Below, one piece after another: positions 1 through 8,400 of a DNA stretch of 49,280 nt. The first letter of the stretch is position 1, and every line of letters starts with the position of its first letter. The notes under the pieces are model-generated. The model was not told the origin of the DNA and did no database searches. It saw nothing but the letters and a program-made list of their open reading frames with translations. The DNA lies in the NCBI GenBank assembly GCA_001773385.1, contig MEWJ01000032.1:1-49280 (forward strand). Direction: 5' to 3'. Both the position numbers and the translations under genes were made by a program. The stretch comes from a candidate division WWE3 bacterium RIFOXYD1_FULL_43_17 (lineage in GTDB: Bacteria > Patescibacteriota > WWE3 > UBA101185 > UBA10185).

Positions 1-157
1 ACCCTGCCGCAATATTCGAGTTATAGCGATTCAAAACCAATTTGGCAATGTAGTTATGTCCAAGGATGTTTATAGAGTAATTCTAGGTTAAAAATATTAA
101 AAATTCTAATTTCTATTCCTGTACCTAATAAATAGGTTGCTATGACAACAAAAACCT

Positions 158-189
158 TGGCTGGCGGCGTGGAAATTAGTTGGAACCTT
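158..189 (+). repeat. Left att junction of element A (core TGGCTGG = reverse complement of tRNA-Gln 3' end CCAGCCA, followed by P-type arm)
   Basis: 7-bp identity with 24929-24935. Reads WLAAWKLVGTLLINN* in frame from the TGG (stop at 203-205), with an in-frame stop just upstream (143-145), so it is an orphan LSR C-terminus. Confidence 0.75.
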
Positions 190-190
190 A

Positions 191-823
191 TTAATTAATA
201 ACTGATCCATAACCTTCATTCTTAAATAACGTTTTCAAAGATTGCATTATAATTTGATAGCTCAAAGACACTATTTTGTAATATGCTAACACCTTAAAAG
301 CGTCTGGATTAACCATGTCCTCTTTTTTCCCATTTACTCTACACAGGGCGTCTACATAAATTCTTACTGAATAAGAAAATACAGTATTTTCATCTAAATG
401 TTTTCTAATGACTTTAGAATCGCTATAAAATCTTCGATCTACAATAGACAAATCGTATGCGTCAAAAACTTTTTTAACAAACTCATTTTCGGATATTCCA
501 ACATCGCTTATAAATTGTGTGTTCCCACGGTCGGCTAGAAACGAGGATGTTACCGCAATTATCATGTTCTTAAATAAACCAAGACATGAAACATAATCGG
601 TAAACGCATCTTTAAATTCCTCGAAAAGTTTTAATTGATTTTTGTCCCGCGTAAGGCCGTCTAGTAATGACGCTATCGTGGAAGTGGCACCGGACATGAA
701 AAGCTCCTCAAAATTTGTAAATGCTTTTTCCGAATACCTCCTGACGATGTCCTCGTGCACTTGTCTAATTACCTTGTTCGTAACTTCAGACTTCTGAATA
801 TCTAAATCCAAAAGGTAGCTCAT
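191..823 (-). CDS. Hypothetical helical protein (element A cargo)
   Basis: 210-aa ORF, no motif recognised. Confidence 0.7.
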   Translation of the reverse strand: MSYLLDLDIQKSEVTNKVIRQVHEDIVRRYSEKAFTNFEELFMSGATSTIASLLDGLTRDKNQLKLFEEFKDAFTDYVSCLGLFKNMIIAVTSSFLADRGNTQFISDVGISENEFVKKVFDAYDLSIVDRRFYSDSKVIRKHLDENTVFSYSVRIYVDALCRVNGKKEDMVNPDAFKVLAYYKIVSLSYQIIMQSLKTLFKNEGYGSVIN

Positions 824-926
824 ATTTTTATTTTACACCACAATTGTGACTGAGGGGCAATTTTGTAGCTTTTTAAAAAAGAAACAGGAGTTACTAGTAT
901 AATACAAATATTTAGGAGGTGATTTT

Positions 927-1235
927 ATGGATAAAGGATTAGAGTTTGAATACTGGATAAGTAATACGCTTCCGTGGCAGCTAAATTTAAGTCCTTCCAA
1001 ATCTTGTGGGGTAGAGCAAATATTTGGTGCTTTTGCTGACTATGTGCGCCCTATTGCAGGTAAAGCTCCAGAAGAATTTGAACAGTTTTTTAAGGTTTTA
1101 AAATCCAAGATTGAGGAAGTATATAAATTCAAGGCGCCGAAGGGGTATCGAGCCTATCCAATTACTATCGATGGTGACTTTGATAAATACCCAAATGGGG
1201 ATATAAGGTACAAGATACAGAAAAACAATTTTTAA
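927..1235 (+). CDS. Hypothetical protein
   Basis: 102-aa ORF preceded by strong SD AGGAGGTG (914-921) and TATAAT (898-903). Confidence 0.75.
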   Translation: MDKGLEFEYWISNTLPWQLNLSPSKSCGVEQIFGAFADYVRPIAGKAPEEFEQFFKVLKSKIEEVYKFKAPKGYRAYPITIDGDFDKYPNGDIRYKIQKNNF

Positions 1236-1280
1236 TTACCGCTAGTTAAAGATATGGATATGGGAATTAGTGGAAACATT

Positions 1281-1949
1281 CTAGTATGTGCTATCTGGGT
1301 CAATATCAAACTCACGGATTTTTTTAAGCCTCTTTATAGAAGATATGCTCTTGTTAGGCCACAAACTCTCTAGTTCTTGAGCAGCTTCAAGTGTTAATGA
1401 CTCATCAAGTTCTTCAGTATCGACCGAGTATATCCCTCTACGCACTCCTTCAATTAGCTCAATAACATAATCGTTAACTTTTGTTATCATAACAGCCGCA
1501 TCTACGCCTTTAATTGACATAATGGGATTTAGTATTTTTCCATTTAGTCTTTTTTTACCTTGTTTCTTGGTAAGTCCAACATAAGTAGCATTCTGTTTTT
1601 TTTCGTCATACTTTCCGGAATTAATATTCTCTGCAATTTTAAAATAGCGTTTTGTGAACTCGTCCTCCACCTTACTTGAAAATCTTATTTGCTTATCCTT
1701 GTGTGAATACAATAAATCAACAATCATTTTTTCATATTCTGGATTTATACCTTTTGGGTTATCGAACATTTGAAAAACTACATCTTCTAATAAGTTAGAT
1801 TTTCCTATTTCCTCTTGAGCTATTATCGATAACTGAAATGCTGTAGGAAAAGATTTGTTTTTATACATAAAAATAGAGTCTTTATGCAATCTTAAAGCAT
1901 TTAAAAATGACATCCCAGACATCTTTGACAATCTTTTTCTAATATTCAT
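1281..1949 (-). CDS. AbiV-family abortive infection protein (HEPN-like)
   Basis: NALRL..DS....K.SFPTAFQLSIIAQEEIGK, SHKDKQ and KKQNATYV segments match the AbiV family pattern. Confidence 0.75.
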   Translation of the reverse strand: MNIRKRLSKMSGMSFLNALRLHKDSIFMYKNKSFPTAFQLSIIAQEEIGKSNLLEDVVFQMFDNPKGINPEYEKMIVDLLYSHKDKQIRFSSKVEDEFTKRYFKIAENINSGKYDEKKQNATYVGLTKKQGKKRLNGKILNPIMSIKGVDAAVMITKVNDYVIELIEGVRRGIYSVDTEELDESLTLEAAQELESLWPNKSISSIKRLKKIREFDIDPDSTY

Positions 1950-2077
1950 ATCTTTCGTTTGTGAACAAAAGAATTATAACACTCAATTCTGTGCTATAGG
2001 ACGCGACTGTTGGCGTAGTTAGAGATTATCTAAACAGACGATTAACGTGTAGTAGGGTACCCACCCATTTTCGTAAG

Positions 2078-2422
2078 TTATCTTAAGTATGATTGTATGC
2101 AGTTCTTTATAGTGGCTTGTCTGGTATTAGGATCTGCCGGGTCATGGTACGGTTTACCATCTGAAGCATCTATTATTGCCTGCTCTCTTGTGCATATACC
2201 TGTATAAGAACAGAACGAAAGAACATCTGATACGGCTTCATTAAATTCCGCAATTGCTTCATCTGTTTTCTCAACACAATATTTTTTAGCGTACTCATTT
2301 GTTTGGAACTGTTGGGCTTGGTGTGTTTTTTGAGGAGTATATATGACTAGATAATAGAAAAACGCTACTGCAAGAAGCAATGCCGATAAGGCGAGTAACA
2401 AAGGTACGATAGTATTTTTCAT
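2078..2422 (-). CDS. Small membrane-anchored exported protein, Cys-containing
   Basis: MKNTIVPLLLALSALLLAVAFFYYLV N-terminal TM helix; four Cys in soluble part; ATG at 2422 preferred over the TTG start at 2443. Confidence 0.7.
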   Translation of the reverse strand: MKNTIVPLLLALSALLLAVAFFYYLVIYTPQKTHQAQQFQTNEYAKKYCVEKTDEAIAEFNEAVSDVLSFCSYTGICTREQAIIDASDGKPYHDPADPNTRQATIKNCIQSYLR

Positions 2423-2560
2423 ACTTGGGTACGCTGTGAGCAATCTAAACTCTCATAACACATCTAGTATTATAGTAGTCCATTATCCTGTTACCAACAA
2501 CAGTAAAATATTCTACATTACAGAACTGTTACTTAAAAACAAAAATGCCGGTTTAATGGC

Positions 2561-2589
2561 TTGACATTTAGAACGATTAGAACTATGTT
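2561..2589 (+). promoter_or_regulatory. sigma70-type promoter for rep-LSR operon
   Basis: TTGACA (2561-2566), 17 bp, TATGTT (2584-2589); TTAGAAC direct repeat in the spacer. Confidence 0.55.
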
Positions 2590-2809
2590 CAGTTCAACAA
2601 CAGAGATCCAAATTGTTGTTACTCCTAGCGTCCATTTTTAACTCAAGTGAATAAAGACTCTTTACGCGAAAAGGAGTTATTACGGCTTTTTTTCCACAAC
2701 AAATTCCAAATAAATCTTAATGATAGCGACTTACAAGAGTCGTACATCTCCCTTTTGTTTTTGGCGAAAGCCATAAGTAGATATTTAAGTTTAAAAGGAA
2801 ACCTAACTT

Positions 2810-3676
2810 ATGAAAAAAAGTTATAGAGTTGTTCCTCCTGAGGGCGGTAGCCCTCAGGATACTCGACTTGATAGTACCGTCTTAAATGGGACAAACCTTG
2901 GACCATTTTTGAGGCAAGTAGGAAAAAGGATAGAAAATATTAGATTCAGCAACGTTAAAATTGTAAAAAGTAATAATTATTACGAGATTCACGTACCCGA
3001 ACGTCCATTTCTTCTTGGTACACGGCAGCAAAGCTGTTCTCATGAAAAGGAATACAGTAGGTCCCAAGAATATAGAGCAAGAAGCGTAAAAAGAGCTAAA
3101 GACACAATTCGTAGGCTAGTAATAGGCAACTTTACTACAACGGCAAAATTTTTAACGCTAACATTTAATCAAGACCTTTGCGACTTTGATATTAACGATC
3201 TCTCAGCATGTAACAAAAGCATGAGTATTTTTTTTCATTTACTACGACGTTTGTATGGGAATTACAAATATGTTTCTGTAGCGGAGTTTCAGCAAAGAGG
3301 GGCAGTACACTATCATGTTCTAAATGATTTACCGTATATTGATAAAAATGTAATTTATAACTTCTGGGGTTTGGGTTTTATAGACATAAAGAAGTTACAC
3401 AGAATAGAAACAGCTGCTATGTATTTGCTTAAGTATCTGAGCAAGGGTTTGAATGATGAACGATATAAAAATAAAAGAATATATTCTGCTTCAAAAAATT
3501 TAATTAGGCCCGTTAATATTTACAACTCACGTGCTGAAGATATTAAAAGAATATTAGAACAAATGCGAGAACCGGACTTTAAATATGTGTTAAAAAGTAC
3601 GGAAAACGGAAATATATTTGTATCGGAATATATTTTAGGATATAACCTAGGAAACAATGAACCTAACAGACCATGA
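2810..3676 (+). CDS. Rolling-circle replication initiator (HUH endonuclease)
   Basis: Motif I FLTLTF, EFQQRGAVHYH (motif II HUH), motif III YLLKYLSK with two Tyr. Confidence 0.85.
   Translation: MKKSYRVVPPEGGSPQDTRLDSTVLNGTNLGPFLRQVGKRIENIRFSNVKIVKSNNYYEIHVPERPFLLGTRQQSCSHEKEYSRSQEYRARSVKRAKDTIRRLVIGNFTTTAKFLTLTFNQDLCDFDINDLSACNKSMSIFFHLLRRLYGNYKYVSVAEFQQRGAVHYHVLNDLPYIDKNVIYNFWGLGFIDIKKLHRIETAAMYLLKYLSKGLNDERYKNKRIYSASKNLIRPVNIYNSRAEDIKRILEQMREPDFKYVLKSTENGNIFVSEYILGYNLGNNEPNRP
2836..2873 (+). other. Putative double-strand origin (dso): hairpin plus nick-like CTTGATA
   Basis: Perfect 10-bp stem TCCTGAGGGC/GCCCTCAGGA (2836-2859), then CGACTTGATA, resembling phiX174 CAACTTG|ATA and pC194 CTTG|ATA nick sites. 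Confidence 0.65.
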
Positions 3677-5180
3677 TCAGAAAAATAATAAATATGTGAT
3701 GTATTGTAGAAAATCTACTGATGAGTCTAATAAGCAAGTGCAGTCTTTAGCAACACAATGGCGAATGCTAACCGATTTCGTTAAAGATAACGACCTTGAT
3801 TGTTCGTATTTTTTCCAAGAAGCAAAAAGTGCCATGGACGAAAATAATAGACCTGATTTTAACAAGATGGTTGAGTTAATAACCGAAGGTAAGGTCGATT
3901 CAATACTAGTTTCGCACCTTGACCGACTTAGCAGGAACAGGGTTGAGATCGGCAGATTGATCCAGCTATACCAGAAGGGGAAACTTAGGGAAATTAGAAC
4001 TCCATACCGCAGATATAACACAAGCTACGACATATTCTCTATGGACTTTGAATTCATGGTTTCCGCTCAGTACTCGGATCGTTTATCCATGCGCGTAAAA
4101 GAAGGTAATCAATCTAAAGTATTAAAAGGCGAGTTTCCCGGTGTAGCAAAAATTGGTTATTTAAACAGAGATCGTAAGATTGTTCCGGATCCCCTGACTG
4201 CTCCGTTTATCAAGTATGCCTTCGAGATCTTCTCCCAAGGTGGTGTTAGTCTCCGCATTCTCTCCGAAACTCTCTACGATCGGGGCCTACGCACAAGAAA
4301 CGGTAAAAAATTGCACGTCTCGGGTGTGGAGAGAGTACTAAAAGCTCCCTTTTACGTCGGGAAGTTTTATTTCAACGGAGTTTTGTACAAAGGTTCGCAC
4401 ACACCACTTGTCTCCGAGGAATTGTTTTGCAAGGTACAAGAGATGTTTAAAGACAGATCTAAGCCTAGACCATCTTTTCATTTTGAAACGTTTCCGTATC
4501 GGGGGTATTTAAAGTGCGAAGTATGCGGTTGTGCAATAACGGCTACCCGAAAAAAGGACCACAATTACTATTTCTGCACGAACAGAAGAAACAGGTGTGA
4601 CCAACACAAAACATATATGAGGGAAGAATATATAGATGTCGTCATTAATAAGTTTTTCGAGCATATATCTTTCGATAAAGAGATGGCAGATAAATCCCTA
4701 GAAATATATGTTTCAAAATTACAGAGCGAAGTGAGTGTAGCAGAGGATAATGAAAAGAAGATTAAAAATCAGGTTAGTTTACTCACCGAAAAGAAAGAGA
4801 TACTTGTTGATTTACTCTTGAACAAAAACATAGATAAGAAATTATACGAAAGTAGAGCTTCTAAAATTGATACTGAGATTAAGGAACTAGAACGTGGATT
4901 GATAAGAAAAAATATTGAGAATGTAGAGTCCGTACGAAACTATGTTGGAACCATAAAAAATACCGGTATATCAATTAAAGAGATGCTAGAGTGTGGAGAT
5001 ACCGAGGTTAGAAAAGATCTGTTAAGTTCGCTATGTTGGAACCTTTCTATAAGGGATGGAGAAATAGCGTCAGTACAATATAAAATGCCTTGGAAACTAT
5101 TCGAAAATGTATCAAAATCTCGGGAAATTGATAAATGGCTGTTCATCGGGGAACAAGTTCGAACTGCTATTTTAGTGTAA
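3657..5180 (+). CDS. Large serine recombinase A (resolvase + recombinase + zinc-ribbon + coiled coil)
   Basis: YCRKST catalytic motif, LDRLSRN, CEVC...YYFC...C zinc ribbon, coiled coil; overlaps rep by 20 nt. Confidence 0.93.
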   Translation: MNLTDHDQKNNKYVMYCRKSTDESNKQVQSLATQWRMLTDFVKDNDLDCSYFFQEAKSAMDENNRPDFNKMVELITEGKVDSILVSHLDRLSRNRVEIGRLIQLYQKGKLREIRTPYRRYNTSYDIFSMDFEFMVSAQYSDRLSMRVKEGNQSKVLKGEFPGVAKIGYLNRDRKIVPDPLTAPFIKYAFEIFSQGGVSLRILSETLYDRGLRTRNGKKLHVSGVERVLKAPFYVGKFYFNGVLYKGSHTPLVSEELFCKVQEMFKDRSKPRPSFHFETFPYRGYLKCEVCGCAITATRKKDHNYYFCTNRRNRCDQHKTYMREEYIDVVINKFFEHISFDKEMADKSLEIYVSKLQSEVSVAEDNEKKIKNQVSLLTEKKEILVDLLLNKNIDKKLYESRASKIDTEIKELERGLIRKNIENVESVRNYVGTIKNTGISIKEMLECGDTEVRKDLLSSLCWNLSIRDGEIASVQYKMPWKLFENVSKSREIDKWLFIGEQVRTAILV

Positions 5181-5186
5181 AACCAC

Positions 5187-5471
5187 TTAGTACACTGTTT
5201 GAGGTTTTATATTGCAGTTAATTCGAATCCAGTCTAAGTCGTAGTCCCCCATTTCTTGTCTTTCTCCATCAATAACAAAATATTGGCGTAAGTTCACTGT
5301 TTTATCATCTTTAACACTTGGCATTTGGTTATCAATCCATGCATCTGGACACACTCTTTTTTTACCGGAAATTATAGATGTGTTGCGGGTTTTAAGAATT
5401 AGTAGAACAAAGGTCAGCGATACAACAACCAGGAGTATGCTAAATATGATTCTTTTTATAGGACTGCTCAC
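5187..5471 (-). CDS. Small membrane-anchored protein, translationally coupled to the giant protein
   Basis: N-terminal TM helix, CPDAWIDNQMP...WIRINC Cys pair; ATGA overlap at 5468-5471. Confidence 0.75.
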   Translation of the reverse strand: MSSPIKRIIFSILLVVVSLTFVLLILKTRNTSIISGKKRVCPDAWIDNQMPSVKDDKTVNLRQYFVIDGERQEMGDYDLDWIRINCNIKPQTVY

Positions 5472-8400
5472 TTTCTTTTTCGTCTAAGAATAATTATGGT
5501 ACCAATACTTAAAACAACCAAGCTAGGAATGATATATCTCCAAATATTTGATTTACGAGTTTCTTCAACAACACTGGGATTATCTTTCTCTACATCTTCC
5601 AAACCTAGTACATTCTTTGTCTCATCACCTGATTCAAGAACCTCGTCAGTAGCCGCAAGAGTTGTGGGACTCTCGTAGGTATTGATAATGACCTTTTCCT
5701 GAGTTGATGGAATCTCTATTGATATTGTCTTCGTGTTGCTTCTGTTACCAGCCCCGTCCTCAGAAACTAGTTTGAAGTAATATGTTTTACCTTCTTTAAC
5801 ATCATTTACTGTCACATCTTCATCGTCCCTATCATTTTCTGCTATTCTTGAGTCGCTATTTTTGTCAAAGCTTTCACTGTATCCAAGATATACAAACACT
5901 TTGTCTATATCGCTGTCATTATTTTCCCAAGTTAATTTTATTGTTTTATCATCGCTGTCGTAGCCTACTCCAACGTTTTCAGGCCTATCTGGGGCTTCTG
6001 TATCTTCTTCTACGGCCTTTTTGGTTGTAAAGCTTAGCTCATCACCTACAACTTCAGGTGACCCATGCGAGACCGCTCTGTAATAATATGTTGTTTCGGC
6101 AGTTAATGGACTAATAGTTACATTATGACTAATTACCATAGGCGAACCATCCGTCTCAATAGTTGAATAAGCATAACCATAGTTTGGAGCTGTACCTAAA
6201 GTTGGATGTGACGCCGTATCATATATTACTCTACTAGTGCTCAGATGATCTGTCGTCCATGTAATTGTTATGCTGGTACTCTCAAGATTAGTAGAACTTT
6301 CCCCTGAAATAACTGGAGGAGGTAATACTGTAATATCTATGGTAGCTTCATTACTGTCATATTCTCCATCGTTTGTTTGGTATGTAAAACTATCGTTGCC
6401 TATATAACCCGTATCAGGTGTATATGTTACTTGATTTCCTGAGACCGTTGATAAGGAACCATTTGTTGGGTCAGAATTAATCGAATAGACAAGTGGATCA
6501 TTTTCAATGTCATTGCCTAATAGGGTTATCGATATCGCTGCCTCTTGAGTAGTTGAGTATGCATCAGCGCTCACGGTTGGTGCATCATTTACAGGATTAA
6601 TGGTTAGATTAACAAAACCCGTGTCTGTTAGAGTACCGTCTGACAGAGTGTATTCAAAACTTGCTGCTCCGTTATAGTTATTTACCGGAGTGAATATAAT
6701 ATTTGAACCGTCTATATAAACTGTACCGTGTGTTGGGGTTGAAACTCCGATAACAGAAAGTGTATCAAGATCAACGTCGGTATCGTTTGTAATTAAGTCA
6801 TTTTTAGCTAATATCAACTGCGTATCTTCGTCAAAAGATGCGTTATCTTGATTTGCTTCTGGAGCGTCATTCACCGAATTCACAGTAATATTTACAGTTA
6901 CGATATTGCTATCAGCCAGACCATCATTAACTTTGTATGTAAATGTATCAACCCCATTATAATTCGTATCCGGTGTATAAGTTAATTCATTTCCTGAAAT
7001 TGTTCCCAAAGTTCCATGATTTGCACCGGTTTCAACTGTATATGTAAGAGTGTTTGCTGGAATATCAGCATCGCTAGCATTTAAAATAATGCTTTTTGAA
7101 ACGTCTTCATTTGTTGATGTGTTTACATCTTGTGCAACTGGAGAGGTGTTAACTTCATTAACTGTAATCTCTATTTCCTCAGAATCAGTGTAAATTCCAT
7201 CAGTTACATTAACAGTAACATTATAAGTATTAGGTCCTTGTACCTCTGTAGGTGTAAAACTAAAATTGCCTGTATCAGATTCTATTGAAGCTCCTGTTGG
7301 TGCATTTGTTAGAGAAAGTTCAAGAGCATCGCTTGTATCAGAATCGTTTGCTGTAACCGTAAAGCTAAGTTCTGCTAACTCATCAATAGATTTATCGCCA
7401 ATTACATCAAGAGCTGGTAGATCATTTATAGCATTGATTGTGATAGTAACTGTACCTGTGTTACTTTCAAAATTACCATCGTCCACCTTGAATGTAAATG
7501 AATCGCCACCAAAGTAGTTTTCATTAGGAGTGTAAATGACTTGATTTCCGTAAGGTCCTCCAAGCGCTCCGTTAGATGTACTATCTATTATTGTATAAGA
7601 TAAACTATCACCCTCAATATCTGTACCTACTAAGTATATTGAAACTGAATTATCCTCGTCTGTAACAGCAGTACCATCATTAACAGAAGGCGCATCATTT
7701 ATAGGATTAACTGTTACTAAAACGGTAGTTGTATCTGTTAACGAACCGTCGGAAACAGTGTAATCAAAGCTTGCTGATCCAAAATAATTAGAAGTTGGAG
7801 TGAATATAACATTAGAGCCATCAATAGATACCAATCCGTTTACTGGGTTAGAAATTGAACTTAAAACTAATGAGATATCGTCAACATCAGTGTCATTTTC
7901 AATTAGAGTCTCTTTTGAAACGGACAAAGTATTATCTTCATCAACAGAAGCAGAGTCGGGATTTGCTACGGGGGCGTCATTGAAGGCGGTAACAGTTATA
8001 AATACAGTTGCGGTATTGCTATCCGTTTCGCCATCATTTGCTTTATAAGTAAAGGAATCGTCGCCGTAAAAATTTGCATTTGGTGTATAAGTAGCACTGT
8101 CATTCAAAATTGAAATCGTACCGTTAGATGGATCTGTTACCTTTGCATACGTAATGGATTGCGTAGGAATATCAGAATCTGTAGCATTAAGCGTTATAAT
8201 TTTTTCCAAATCTTCCGATGTTGCGGCATTAACATCGTTCACTAAAGGAGCTACATTTATCTCATTAACGGTTACAGTTATTATTTCAGTATCTATGCTT
8301 ACCCCATCCGTAACATTTACATCAAACGTGTATTCCTGAGGACCTTGTGACTCTGAAGGAGTAAAGCTGAAATAACCACTGTTAGTATCTATAGTGGCTC

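Larger units (their letters stand above)
158..5141. mobile_element. Integrative element A (rolling-circle Rep + large serine recombinase + AbiV cargo), tandem-inserted at the tRNA-Gln 3' end
   Basis: Bounded by TGGCTG at 158-163 and 5136-5141. The left arm carries GTTGGAACCTT (179-189), also present in the 3' end of its LSR (5035-5045). Contains HUH Rep and LSR; visibly AT-rich. Confidence 0.8.

Noticed and set aside
2571-2595. LexA/SOS box in the rep promoter
   Set aside because: GAAC/GTTC spacings are N3 and N5, matching neither GAAC-N4-GTTC nor GTTC-N7-GTTC.
5136-5165. Partial tRNA gene at the end of LSR-A
   Set aside because: Only the 6-bp core and a shifted GTTCGAAC match; no T-stem or acceptor pairing. 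Better explained as the P-type arm of element B.
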